Of a stretch of DNA of 64,000 nucleotides, positions 38,101 through 51,706 are shown piece by piece. The stretch is taken from contig NW_019029006.1 of assembly GCF_002105155.1 (NCBI RefSeq), positions 310,001-374,000 of the forward strand, read 5' to 3'. The notes under the pieces are model-generated. The model was not told where the DNA came from and did not search any database. It saw nothing but the letters and a program-made list of their open reading frames with translations. Made by a program: the position numbers and the translations under genes. Origin of the DNA: Lobosporangium transversale. Taxonomy: Eukaryota. Within the stretch, counting starts at the first letter, position 1. Every line of letters begins with the position of its first letter.

Positions 38101-38847
38101 ATGTCTGAGCAGGTGCGTCTGTCTGGGGGGGGTGTATGATCCCGTGCACTTTTATGCCTATGCTTGAAAGAACTAAAAAAAAAAAAGGAGCTGTCATGAT
38201 GATCAGGAGCAAGCCTTTTTTTATATTTCACATCAGGGAATCAATTTTGAAAAGAAAAAAAAAAAAGAGAAAAAAAAAAACCATCCAATCTTGGATCCAC
38301 CAAGCAAACCCCATTCAACTGCATTTCGGGAAACGGGATTACATTTTTAAATCTCATGCAGAAACTATGATCCTACATTTCTATGGATGTCTTTTGTTTT
38401 TGATCCTTCAACTCAGGATCATGGTGGCTCTTATACTAAGGAGTTTTTTTTTATTACTATGGTTATCAACTTGTTAAAAAGTGATCGATCAAAGGCTTAT
38501 ATATATTTCTAAGGAATAGTATCAACAACAACAACAACAACAACAACGTTAGCGACAAATAAAACGGAAACACGACTATTGAGGTGTTTGTTGAGAACGT
38601 TTGGAACGCTAGGAAAAAATATTTCGCAAGATACACCATCACAAAAAAAAAGAAAAAGCAAAAGCAAAGAGAGGATATTACAAATAATTTGATATTATAA
38701 TAGATCTTAGTCTCTGAAGACTTTGGGACAGGAACACTCTTCATCTTTATTAATACCAATTGGCTTTTTGACATAGGCTGGAACATTGATTACTATGATT
38801 ACAGGATCCTTTTCACATTCTATGATAATTCTCAGAGGGGGAAAAGG

Positions 38848-38885
<38 letters not shown>

Positions 38886-38915
38886 ACCATTGTTATATTT
38901 CAACGGTCGTTTTTT

Positions 38916-38953
<38 letters not shown>

Positions 38954-39255
38954 TAACAGATCGAAAAGGCTTTCCAGAAGCAGCAGGGTATCTTCCAAAA
39001 TGCCAAGGTAATTGGCAAGAAGGCTGGCAAGAGCAGCCGCTGGTACAAGGATGTCGGTCTTGGCTTCAAGACCCCTAAGGAGGCTATTGAGGGCCACTAC
39101 ATCGATAAGAAGTGCCCTTTCACTGGTGATGTCTCGATCCGTGGTCGTATTCTTACTGGTGAGATCATCTCAACCAAGATGAAGCGCACCATCATCATCC
39201 GTCGTGAGTACCTCCACTTTATCTCCAAGTACAACCGTTACGAGAAGCGTCACAA

Positions 39256-39288
<33 letters not shown>

Positions 39289-39560
39289 CAAAAAAGGACT
39301 GGAATGCAACAATTCTATAGGAGAAACAAACTAATTTAGTCCGCTGGACATTCTTTTTATTTTTTTATTTTTTTTTTAACAACACTATGGGGTTAATCTA
39401 GAACTTGGCTGCCCACATCTCCCCCTGCTTCATTGGTGTCCAGCAGGGTGACTCTGTCACTGTTGGTCAGTGCCGTCCCTTGTCCAAGACTGTCCGCTTC
39501 AACGTCCTCAAGGTTCAGAAGAAGATTGTCAAGGGTGCCAAGAACTTTGCCAAGTTCTAA
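38101..39560 (+). CDS. RPS11: 40S ribosomal protein S11 (uS17), 3 exons
   Basis: Exon 1 is MSEQ with donor GTGCGT. Exon 2 reads IEKAFQKQ...[19 protein letters not shown]...YNRYEKRHK. Exon 3 reads [10 protein letters not shown]...[14 protein letters not shown]. Confidence 0.95.
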
Positions 39561-39963
39561 AATGTTTCACTCTAATTTTTTATTTTATTTTAGTCTTCTT
39601 CTCTCTTCTTGGGGATAAGGAGGAAAGGGCTTTGTTTCTGTTCAGACAGTCCCTACCATATATCTCCCCATTCTCCTTTTCCTCATTTCTTCATCTCTTG
39701 CATGATTTTTTCTTCTTTTTCTTTAAAAGGAAAATAATAAAGGGAAACTGTCAGGGCTTTTTTAAAAACAAAGAAAATGAATAAATGAATGAAAGAGTAG
39801 ACTCGTCACCAGCCAGCGGATGAGTCTAGATGGTTTACGGTTTTATGGCATAATGACCTTTATCTTTACTTGTTCCTTTTGGAACGTGGCGCATATATTC
39901 TTAGCTTGCGGACCTTATTTTTTTTTTCTTTAAAGTTAATGTTGCTCGGTGTTGCTTTTTTGC

Positions 39964-39986
39964 TTAGAAAACGATTGCTTTCCAAG

Positions 39987-40020
<34 letters not shown>

Positions 40021-40259
40021 CTCCATTAACATTAATCATAAAAATAAAAAAAAAGACACGTGTGATATCAGATTTACCAGTTCATGATGCATATGTGGCA
40101 AAAGAGACATGTAAAATTAATAAAATACGTAGGAGCAGGCTCGCCAACGGGGTTCTGAGGTTGGATCTGCTCCTCCTGAAGAGCGATAGTATCCTTGGCA
40201 TGGACGAGGATAGCAGCAGCAGAGACGGGGAGAGCAGCGACAAGAGTGATAAACTTCAT
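39964..40259 (-). CDS. Putative tiny secreted prepropeptide (51 aa if spliced, 61 aa unspliced)
   Basis: Signal-peptide-like MKFITLVAALPVSAAAILVHA after an A-rich leader. A possible intron at 40128-39989 (GTATTT...AAG) gives ...NPVGEPAPTPWKAIVF-stop. Confidence 0.5.
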
Positions 40260-41116
40260 TTGTTTTTTTATTACTATTATTTTTTTTTTATTATTATTAT
40301 TTTTTTTTATTCTTTTAGGAAAGTTAGTCCAATTTCATTCAAATATGATATCCATTCAAAATTGTTTTTTTTTTTTTTTTTTTTTTTTTTTTTGATATTG
40401 GTGAGGCACGACCATTTCGGTAGATATTGTGCAAGACAAGGCCAATTTACTTGTCAACGTTAGTGCGCGGACACTTCCTTTCTTGTGACTCCCTCCAAGG
40501 CATCGGCGTGTTTGAATGCACGCGAATGCGATTTTGTGAAGAATATGATGATAGCGATGGATAGATAATCTCTCATAGAAGGGGATTGTCCATATATTCG
40601 TCCTATCCCATATCAAGGAATCCTACTTCGCAAATGGACAATCATGTTTGCTATAAGACATGTGAACTGAGACCAGGTTACTCAAGAATAAAAAACAATG
40701 CTTGTACATATTCATAACCAGCATTACGTGAAATGTATTTTTTACTGGCAGCTCAACAGTAATATTCTTAACTAATAGCTTAATTGAGTTAAGATTGAGC
40801 ATAATCATATCTGCACTGCTGTGATACAGCCAAGAGTCCTCCCCCGAGCCTCACAGCTGCTCCTGTTGAGAACTGGAGTAGTATACCACAAGAGAAACTG
40901 GCTATATCTTTTATATCCAGGCCCCAATGAGCTGGAAGAGGCGTAAGGAGACAAACTCTTGTTATAATATGTACGTTTCGATCTCTTCATGGCGGTACCA
41001 AAGCAGGGGTTACCACGTGACTTTGGGTACAGCCACTAATCAAATATCCTAAATAATAGAACTGCCATTTTTTTTTTTTTAATTTTTTCACTCACAACTC
41101 ACAACACATTCCAGAC

Positions 41117-42745
41117 ATGCCATACCAACAGACACAACAAGTGAAGCAGGTCAGTCAACCAGGAGAAAAAGACTTTAAAGAAGATACATCAGGATTGACA
41201 TTTCACCATTTCTACATCTTATACATGGATGTATTCCTAAACGATTAGTGACTTTGGACTTACAATTGTGATTTTTTTTTTTTTTTTTTTTTTTTTTCTT
41301 GTTTGATAGACAATTGCAAGCTTTCCTCAGAAAAAATCACGCGAATATCGGGCCCATAAGGCTAATGTTCATACAGTAGGATGGAACTGTGATGGCAGGA
41401 AATTGGCGTCTGGATCTGTTGATAAAACTGCGCGTGTCTGGGCACCGGAGAGGACTGTAAGGATTTTTTTAATTGTTTGTTTGCTTATTTGTTGGCTGAA
41501 GAATAGCAAGGGCCTATATATATATGAAGCGACGACTCATCTTAGTTGCATGGGTTATTTTTTTTTTTTTTTTTTTTTTTTTATATGGCTTAGGCTGATC
41601 CTAGGAGCTCACAAGAACTACGTGGACATACTGACAGTGTAGATCAATTGCGGTGGGATCCCACACATCCGGATCATCTCGCTACTGCCAGCTGTGATAA
41701 AACTGTCCGCATCTGGGACGCAAGATGTAAGGAAAAATGAAGACGAGGGAAACTTTTCATTATTATTATCATTACTTATTTATTTTTACTTTTTCTTTAT
41801 TTCGTCCAATTCAAAAGCAATATAACAACAATACTCGAGAGCACCAATCTTTCGTCTACTCTTTCTAATATGTTTATTCATCAACTTTATTTATACACTT
41901 TTTTTTTCTTAATTAGCTGCAAAAAGCATTCATAAAATCGATACAACCGGTCAAAATATCAACATTAGCTGGTCACCGGACGGTCAAAGCATTGCAGTAG
42001 GAAACAAAGAGGACCTCATCTCTTTTATTGATACACGCACGTTCAAAGTTCAGAAGGAAGTCCCCTTCAGAGTCGAAGTCAACGAGATCAGTTGGAACCC
42101 TGCAGGCGATCTATTCTTATTAACCACTGGGCAAGGATCTATCAAAGTCTTCAGTTACCCAGCCATGGAAGAGGTCTATGCATTAGAGGCTCATACCGCT
42201 AACTGCTATTGTCTAGAATTTGATCCCCGTGGTCGATATCTCGCCACAGGGAGCGCAGATGCTTTGGTCAACCTTTGGGACCTTGAAGATTACATTTGCG
42301 TACGAACATTTGGGCAGTTACAGTAAGTAAAATAATATAAATCCACTGGAATGATGGATTATTATAGCAATATACTATATTAATTTTTTTTTTTTATAAC
42401 CTGTAGCTGGCCTATCCGTACAATAAGTTTTAGCTTTGATGGCGAGTTCATCGCATCTGCCTCTGAAGATTTTGCGATTGATATTGTAAGTCATTTATAA
42501 ATGTTTTTTTTGACTGTACGAATACCAAGCTCTATAAAATTGATATCAATTTTTTATTATACTTGTTCCAGTCACATGTAGAGACGGGTGAATCTGTACA
42601 TACTGTCACTTGTTTTGCAGCCATGAATACAGTAGCCTGGCATCCAAGTAAATACCTCCTTGCTTATGCTGGTGATGAACAAGAGATGAGGAATGGAAAC
42701 TCAACCATGATTGGAAACCTTAGAATCTTTGGTTTCTCAACTTAA
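41117..42745 (+). CDS. TEX1: THO/TREX complex WD40 subunit THOC3/Tex1
   Basis: VHTVGWNCDGRKLASGSVDKTARVW, GHTDSVDQLRWDP, AHTANCYCLEFDPRGRYLATGSADALV and VAWHPSKYLLAYAGD. Confidence 0.92.
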
Positions 42746-42903
42746 TGAGGCATTAGAATAAATCCCTGTACAACAATGACATGAAGCTATTTTTATTATT
42801 AATATGGCTGGACATTAAATCGATACATTTGTTCATTACTCCCTACGGGCAAACTTTTTTTTTTTTTTTTTTTTTTTGAGGGAAGGATTAGAGCTGATTT
42901 TCT

Positions 42904-43173
42904 CTAATTCAAAGTGCCCCTGCATCCACGCGAACCACACAAGCACGGAATCTTGTCAGCTTCGATTGGGAATTTATAATCGTAAGTGATTTCCTCGCCT
43001 TCCTCGATATCACGCTTGGCATAAATCACAATCTTTTTCTGTCCATCCACAGTAATAATCTTGGCGTTACAGTTAGGCTATAAAAAAAAAATAAAAATAA
43101 AAAAAGAAATTAGTACATGTCACCAGAAGACTAAAAAAAAAAAAAATAAATAAATAAATAAATTAAAAAAGGC

Positions 43174-43209
<36 letters not shown>

Positions 43210-46200
43210 TACTGTGCAGCAATGGTTTATGAAACGGGCAATGTTACCCATCTTAGTCGCATCAATTACAGTGTCATCATCAACACGAAACAAATAACTC
43301 GATCCAATACCCATTCGTTCATATCGCTTCTCCCGGTGATCTGCAACCTTTTGACGAATTACTTCACCAATATATTCAATGACCATGTCGTTTGCGTCCA
43401 CCTTCTCCATCGCAAACAGCCCCCAATCATGAATCGGTGATTTTGCAAATCGAAGTTGCTTCTTGCGCACTTTTAGTTGATTGAACTTCATAATATCAGA
43501 ATCCGTCGCCATGCCTACTAACATGCGACGGTTGTTGACTCGGTTCATACGAGATGATATTCTAGCTGACGCCGTGTTCACCTGTGCAGTATTGCGGTGT
43601 GGTAAGTAAATCGCTTTGGCCATCTCTGAAATCTTGTAAAAGCCTTCTGTACGCGCTGATCCTGTTCGATGGGCTGATGGCTCCGAATCCCGTACAGAGT
43701 TTTCCTGAGCAGCCAGGACTTCTTCAAGCTCTCTTAGCTGGTGAGTTCGATCTTTAGGGTCCTGCCCTCCATGTCCATGGCGACCTGACTCTTCTTCTTC
43801 AGCTCTCTTACGCTCTATCTCTAGTGCCGCCTTCATAAACATAAAATCCTCCTCATCGCCATTACTAAAGTCTAGTGGCAATGCATCCTTGTAACCCATG
43901 ACCAAGCCATTGCTAGTCTTGCCAGACTCATATGGCTCGTAAAGATCAAAATAAGAAGAGTCCGAATCGGTGTCTGATTCTGATTCGGAGCCAGTGACAG
44001 AGTATGAGTCTGAATATTCAGGCGTGTCATCTCGACGTAATACCATGTCCTGACGTCCTGATGTTGCGGGTGATGCGACTGCCTCCATGACCACATCTTG
44101 CAACTCCACATCTGATCGGCTCTCTTCCAGTCTCTGTTGCTTCTTTGCTTTGTCTACCAGAGACTTTTTGGCCGAAGCAGCACCACTTTGCTTCTTAGTT
44201 TTCTTGACCTTGCGGTTCCTACCAGCTCCTGCTTCATAATCTGAGCCAGAGTCAATGTCTGGTAAAGCAAGAGAGTCTGCTTTTTTCTTTGTCTCTGTTT
44301 CATGACTGGACGTTCTGTCATGTGCTCGTTTACGCTTGTGCGAGGCTTTGCTGGGCCGTTCGTCGTCTTCCAGCCCTCCGCCTCTACTACCTTTCAGGGC
44401 AATAACTTCGTCATTCTCTGTTCCATTACCTTCAATTTCATCGTCGTCATCCATCCTCTCCAGCTCCTCCTCATCATCCACTATAAATTTCACATCTTCG
44501 TCCATGTAGTCATCACTGCTTTCGCCCTGTGGTTGACGCTGATGAAACTCTGTCAAAAAATCATCCGCACGCCTACCATCATCGCTGCTACTGAGATAAT
44601 CCCGAAGACTTGGTTGCTTTTTGTTGCCCATTTGGTTACCCTTCTTGGAAAGATGCCTGGAGCTTTTGCCACCCTTCTTTTGCAGTCGCCTACTGTTCAT
44701 AGGTCCTCGGTCTTCGTCCTGGCTGGATGCGCTACGGGCCCCGCTAGAGTAATGACGCGATCGTTCAAATTTCTTGTTTCCAGACTTATGTCTCTCTGTC
44801 TCAGATTCTGAATCTACATATCTAGTTGAAGGACGGCCACGAGAGCGACTCCTGGAATTTGATCGAGAACTAGACCTAGAGCGACCATGTGTTTTGTAGT
44901 TACGGCGCGATCTCAATGGCGTAGGAGATCGTGATATGGAGCGAGACCGTGATCGGTAACGAATTCGAGATCCAGAACGAGAACGAGAGCGAGATGAACG
45001 GGAGCGAGAATGGGATCGGTTTTGAGATCGTGATCGTCTTCCTGTAATGTCTTTAGATCGCTTCTTTTTCTTGGAGCGTTTAGCATCTGTCTCCATTCGA
45101 GGCTTATGCCCAGCGTTGGGATCTGTTTGTGTTCTCTTTTTGAAGCTTGGCAGTTTAGGAAGCACTTCTGGATGGGCGAGTTGGTGAGCGTCCTTGATGG
45201 ATAACTTTGGATCATGGCGAGGGGCATCCAAAGATAAACGTGATGATCCTTGCTCTGAGGGTTTTAAGGATATATGCTTTCCGCTTGCAGGCTCATCCAT
45301 TCCTACAGATGCATCCTGCTGCAACTGCGACCCTTCTGGACCTTTAAAACTATCTAAATCCTTATCCTGTTCCTGAGTATGAGCGCGTTCAAGTTCCTTC
45401 GCTTTGCGAATTGCTGGGTTAAGGAAATCATAAATAGTAGGCCCAATGACACGACTACCCAGATCTTTTAAAAACACCTGAAAAAGTTCCTTCATAATCA
45501 TATCGGATGCCCATCGTACCAGCGACTCTTCCTTGGTGGGAGCCTTCACGCGAGAGACACCGCCGCCAAGATTAGGTTTGCGTCCTGTGTCAGAGAGACG
45601 ACGATGACCTGGTTCCCTGGCATTTACCTTGCGAGGAAGAAGCTCTGGTGGCAAGTTGTCATCGCCAGGCACATGAAGTGTGATAGTGATACGTTGTCCT
45701 AAGAGAGGTTTTTCATTGAGAACAACGTGGCATTTTCTAGCCTGTTCAAGCGAAACAAAACGAATGTACCAGTTCTCTCCATGTCGCTCGATCTGTTAAT
45801 AGTAAAATTAAATAGGAACAAAGTTAAAATATTGGCATCCTCAATTTTTCTCAAATTCAATGTAGATAATCTTTTGCCTCCTACTTACTCTCTCGGGGCC
45901 AAACTTATCGAACTCTTGCTTCATATTTTCCACCGTGATACGATGAAAAGGGAGACAGTCGCGACTGATGATTAGACATGCTAAATCCTTTTGCCACCCA
46001 GAGTAGTCATTTTCAGCTGCAGGCACACGCTTTTCTGCATGAATTCCTCGACCACGCCTCATGCCCAAGCCATGTAGTTTTGCCTCCAATCCCCAAGCAG
46101 GACTAGAGCTGCGCTCTCTACTCCTGCTTCTCGACCAGCTCCGGCTCCGACTACGACTCGGGCGTCTGCGACCTGGGTAGCGCTCATATCGATCTGGCGG

Positions 46201-48064
46201 GAACTGCATATCGTCAAAATAGCTTCCTCGGCGATCGTAAAAGTCTTCTCTGGGATGAAACCCTGGGACAATACCTCCTTGCTTCATCCGCTCTGGTCGA
46301 CCGATAGCTCCTGGAGACATTAGAAGCGGTGGAACTGGAGATGCACGATATGGGTCCATCTCCCGGGATTTTGGCGGGACCCTATAATTTTCCAAAGATA
46401 ATGAGTGTCCTAGATCCAACGTTTTTTCCCAGTCCCGTCGAGGTGTGGGTAATGGTACTCTTGGCGTACTGTTAGTGCTGTTAGAAAGAGTGGTCTTTGT
46501 CCTGTTAGAGCCATCCTCAATTTCACCATCCTCTTTAGGGACAGGCTTGGGTGGCAAAGGAATAACGCGTGTTCGGGGATTTGGTGGAAGAGGTATTGGA
46601 ACACGTTTCGGCGTCGTACCTGATGCCTGCTGTTGATTTGCTTTGGACGATGGGGTAGTGGAGGGTGTGAGTGGAAGGGCTATGGTGGTGGTTGGAGTTG
46701 GAGCATTACTAGTAGTAGAAGAGGATACAGGTAGGGATCCTGTAGAGCTAGAAGCGGAAGGAAGGCTAGAACTTGGTGAAAGCATATTACTAGGAGGTGG
46801 TGTAGATGCATCATCAATCTCCATATCATCGTCGTTGGTGTAAATGTCACGATCATGACTAGACTCTGCTGCGAGAGCTGCTTTAGCCTTGGCTGCTTCA
46901 ATCCTGGCTGCTACATTGGCCTTTGCCTTGCGAAACTTTGAGCCACTACCATCCGAAATAACCTTTAGCGGCCCTCTATCCATCTGTTTGCCATGTAGTG
47001 TCTCTACAGCTTTTTTCACAGCTGCCTCCGCCTCTGGTCCCGCGAAAACAACGCGTCCAAACCCAAGGCCAACACCAGTGACAGGATGCCGTTCAATAAG
47101 AATGTCCAAAATATCTCCACATCCTGCAAATAAAATTTCCAGGTCCAATGTAGTGGTTGAGAAGGAAAGATGAGAGACCAAAACTCCATGATGAACTACT
47201 GAATTACTATCGCGCTAGTGATAATTTACATTGCCGAGGAGAAAAGAGCGAGAGATTAACCACAATAAACTGAAGCATCCGTTTTGCCACAACTACAACA
47301 GCAGTTATTTCTATAAATTATAGCGAATCAACTGTACCTCAAGTCGAACAGGTGCCAATGTGCCTTTGAAGGCTCGTCTCGTCTTGGAAATGAGATAGCT
47401 ATAATTCGCTGCAGTCCGGCGTGGGTCCTGTGGATCCTTTTTGTCCTACATAGTCCCGATTCATCAAAAGGTATTATATATTAGTTCGATGTCTGCATTT
47501 TTTTTTTTCTTTTTGCCCTGTAGATACTATCAGAATTGATCGGCGGTTATTCAGGGGATATTAACCCGAGTTTGTTGCATCTTGAAGGCAAGCGCGCCAT
47601 ACCTCTTCTGTAAGATCATCTTGGTAGCGACAAAGCACAGTTGTATTTTTGGACTTGCTGGCGTCCAAGAAGGGATCATAAAGGACACGAAAGGTTCGTA
47701 AGCTGGCAGATGAGTCTTCGAGAGATGCGATGGTGGGTCTAATAGAACTCAAAGCTGCATCAACAGCACTGCTGACAATGGTGGAGGAGGTTGATGCCGA
47801 GCTATTAATCAACAGGCCAGGGCTGCTTGATATACTGCTAGTTACATGGGATTCAGTTAAAAGGGATGCTGAGGCGGGTGCTGGTGCAGATACACTGGGT
47901 GATGTAACTGATGGGATCGGGGTCTGATGTGAGCCCGACGCGGTGTCTTGATCAGCTGAAGTTGTAGAGTCTGTGGAATCGTTATGAGCGGGATTAGTAC
48001 TATCAGTAATGGTGCTGCTGCTGTTGTTCGACGGGAGTGATTGGGCCGAATCAAGCAAGCTCAT
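42904..48064 (-). CDS. SET1: Histone H3K4 methyltransferase Set1 (COMPASS)
   Basis: N-terminal YDP motif, RRM ([15 protein letters not shown]), N-SET with WIN motif GSARTEG, SET domain ([23 protein letters not shown]) and post-[16 protein letters not shown]. Confidence 0.95.
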
Positions 48065-48483
48065 GGTGGATTCATAGGTTCAGGCTGCGAAAATGGGATG
48101 CCACAGCGATGAACAGGTCAGTGATGGCGCGCGTTGGTTTTCACTAGCATAGAGGCACAGAAGGATATAAGCAAAAAAAAAAAAAAAAGCGCACAGGACC
48201 AAATAGAAACGAGGATGTGAGTCAGAATAACTATGGTTTGGAATATAGCATATGAAAAAGAGAGAATGGAGGAAAAAAAAGAGAATGATGTGAAGGCACA
48301 ATTACGCGTATGAAGTGATTGACTTTATAATCAAGTGAGGAAATATGTTCTTTAACAATAAAAGGTAAAAAGGTTAAAAAAGGTATTTAAAAATAAAGCA
48401 TGTGATGGAGAAATGAGGTGAGTTGCTGTTTACTATGTTACCTTGTTTCGATGGATGAGACCAGGGATAAGAGAGATGAAGAG

Positions 48484-48516
<33 letters not shown>

Positions 48517-49302
48517 TCAAGAAATCTAAATTAAACAAAAAGTGACAAGGTCTAGTGAAAGGAACAAAAGATGGGATGGAGAGATGAGAAAGGAGATATG
48601 AAGAGAAGTAAGGAGAGATGGAGGAAAAAATAAAAAAAATAAAAAAAAAAGTATGTGTGTAAGAGAGAGGAAGGAGAAGGTAGAGGAAGGGAAGAGGAAC
48701 AAGCGTAAGAATGATTAATAAAAGAAGAAAATCAATCAAGACAGAGAAGAAGAAAGAAAAGAGATGGATGAAGGACAAGCTTGATGGAGAATCAAGAATG
48801 ACAATGACATGCAATATCAAAAAACGCGCGGGAGAATATTTTTCGAGACGACTGACTGCTTCTATTACATCTGATGTGACATGCAAGTTTTTGACTTGAA
48901 AATGATGTCCCCCTCTACAGAGCGCAGACTGACCTGACTGATTGATTGGACGCTTGATCTCCTGATTGGCACAATAACACAAAAAACGTAAACAACGCCA
49001 CAATAAAGAAAACCAGGGTCCAGCCGGTGTAAAACATCCAGGCATGGATATCCCACAGCCAAACAGGTCCAATCTCCGTCCTCAGTCCTCTGCCTCTCCA
49101 CAAAGAGAGAAAAAGAGGGAGAATGAGAGAAAGATAAAGTGAAAAACGGATAAAAAAGAAAAAAAGAGAAAAGATGCACAATCCACATTCGGCATTTTGT
49201 TACTTTCCATCCCATTGTGTTGATTGCTTGGCATCGTTCTCTTTTATTCTTCCTTCTTGTGGGACTCATTTGTTCATCAACTTTTCATTTACCGAACAGA
49301 CA

Positions 49303-50053
49303 ATGCCCGCTCCTGCCTACACTCCCTTGCCCACAAATGCGTCAGTGCCACTCTCTGGATTGACCTTTAACCCAGAGTCATTGCCTTTGCCACCACCCGA
49401 TCAGTCACCGTTCACAGCTTTAGGGCTTGGATACATCAAAAAGTTTCGTGAGGAGCGACTCTCCTCTCTGAGACCTTTCTCGGAATTTTTCAATACTAGT
49501 CGCATGTCAAAACCTGATGGTGTCGGTAGTACGTTTTACCTGACGTTTTTTTTTTTATATGATTGATTAATATTGACGCATTTGTCATTCATTGACCGAT
49601 CCTGAATATCTTTTCAACTAACTATCCATGCTTCGTTTCGATAGCGGTGATCACTCGACTCAACCATAACCTTCCTTACTTCCAAGGCAACTACACTGTT
49701 GTGTTCCTAGGCATTACAGCCTATAATCTGTAAGTAACCACCGTTCTTCATATTCCGTCCTCGGAATCAAAACACAAAAGTCTATAACGGGGTATCATTA
49801 CTGATCTTGCTGTTTCCTGGCCTTTCAGTGTCAGCAATTCTATGCTCATGTTTAGTGTAGGATTTACACTCGGAGGTATGCACTTCATCTCCAAGGTCTC
49901 CCCGGAAGGCATCATTGTCGGTACAACTAGATACAACCCACGTCAGCTCCAAACAGGGCTTGCTTGTGCTGCTGTGCCTCTTTTCTTCTTCAGCTCAACA
50001 TTAGGCACCATTTTTTATATTGTTGGTAAGTGTTCAGTTTATATTAATATCTG

Positions 50054-50090
<37 letters not shown>

Positions 50091-50197
50091 GTTAACACTT
50101 CATGGTTTATAACATTAATGATATAGGTGCTAGTGCAGTAAGCATTCTCGGCCATGCATCCTTCATGCAGGTGGGCGTGGAAGACAGCAATGTTTGA
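49303..50197 (+). CDS. YIP3: PRA1-family prenylated Rab acceptor (Yip3-like), 4 exons
   Basis: LRPFSEFF, RLNHNLPYFQGNY, hydrophobic hairpins and ILGHASF. Confidence 0.88.
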
Positions 50198-50339
50198 TCG
50201 TCAACCCACACAGCATACTACAAATCTATTCTTCATCCTGTATATCCATAAGAGTCTTTAATTCATGTACCGACCTCAATGTGCAGCAATAAAAACAATG
50301 CTCCAAAATGCTTATGAATAAGGACATCATAGAGTTTTG

Positions 50340-51240
50340 TTCCTCGTACATTCAGCGCAATAAGCTCATTGATCCTGATCCGGAGCGCATAGGCTACTAT
50401 TATGTCCTGATCTCTTTGAGATGATAGATGCTTTTCTCAGATCAGCGGCTATAATGTACATTGATATGTAGCGAGTTGCCGAGAATAAATATACCTTAAA
50501 CCTATGTTAGTTTTTGTCAAAGTTCCGAATCTTGATGTCTATTACAAGACTTTGAATTTCTACTTGTATGAACAGCCCATGTTCTATACCACCCAGATAT
50601 TCTAAATTTTGGACAACATAGTCAAGCAGTATCTGGTCTCAGTGCAGTTTGTCAATAACCAAGCTGTCAATACGGTTTCCCGTGACTTAAATAATGAACG
50701 TTCACGTAAGCTTTTAATACTAATGATGACTTTGACAACATTGCATAACCAACAGACTGGAGGAGCATGGGCTTTTGGGGTTCCATTACATTTGCTCCAC
50801 ATCTCTTCAGGGTAGAAGTTTTTTTTTCTCATAGTAATCTAGCAATCTACGCTTAATAAACTGGATAAAGTGAAACAGTAATCGTGTAACAAAGGTGGAT
50901 AATCTATGGCTCTGTCCTAGCATTACTATTCGTACGAAGATGCAATGGAGACTGCAGTCGAGCCTCAAGATGTCTCAGGAGTAGAAAAGCTGTTGCAATA
51001 TTTTGCCGCTTGTCTACCTATACATCTGCTACGACCTCATCCGCCCTGGTGTGGAGTTGGAGCTCGAATAGTGTCATGATCTGACCGACTGCAACACCTT
51101 ACATGGTGCACTTTACATTAGGTCGGCAACTTCGAGAAGGTTTATTTATGACGAGCATATAGCAAAGGAGAACATTGAACGCTCCTCTGAGAATCCGATC
51201 CTAGGTCCAGGGGGGCTGTGTAATACGATGACCATGGGAA
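50340..51240 (+). pseudogene. Fragmented clathrin heavy chain (C-terminal part) pseudogene
   Basis: Collinear peptides ERIGYYYVLISL, PRINIP, VKVPNLDVYYKTLNFYLYEQP, IVKQYLVSVQFVNNQAVN, DDFDNIA, RLEEHGLLGF, YEDAMETAVEPQDVSGVEKLLQYF-AACL and YICYDLIRP resemble the CHC proximal leg and trimerisation region. They are interrupted by stops, frameshifts and deletions. Confidence 0.85.
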
Positions 51241-51706
51241 GGTTCGAGATGATGGCACCACGACAGAGAGGCGTAAATATGGGAGAACATGGCCGAAACT
51301 GTAGCTTTTAAATTAGAAATGTACGAAACCATGAGTATGACAGAGAATCGGCAGACCTCAAATGAACATTGAAATTAACAAACAGAATATCCATAATTAC
51401 TAAGATGACAAAATAGGTGATGCGGCCTTGGAATTGTATGCGCCAGCACAGGTTCCGTTCCGTTGGATGTCTCATTTTTTATCACTACGTGGCATCTGTC
51501 TCGCACGCATTGAGGTACATGCAGTCACCAGGGGCAGAACGGCCATGTCTTGATTGCAGATAATGGATCTCTTTTTTTTTTTTTTTTTTTTTTTTTCAAA
51601 AGCTTCTGTTTTCACGATACTCACAATTCCTTCCTATTGTATAAAACATTTACTCTTCAGATAACAATAAGGGCTTCATCTCATTAGTTTAGAAAAGCAT
51701 TCCATC

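Noticed and set aside
39798..39828. 10-bp hairpin downstream of RPS11
   Set aside because: A single short stem with no family signature, plausibly chance.
48374..49269. 232-aa and overlapping ORFs between SET1 and YIP3
   Set aside because: Low-complexity promoter/UTR sequence with no recognisable motif.
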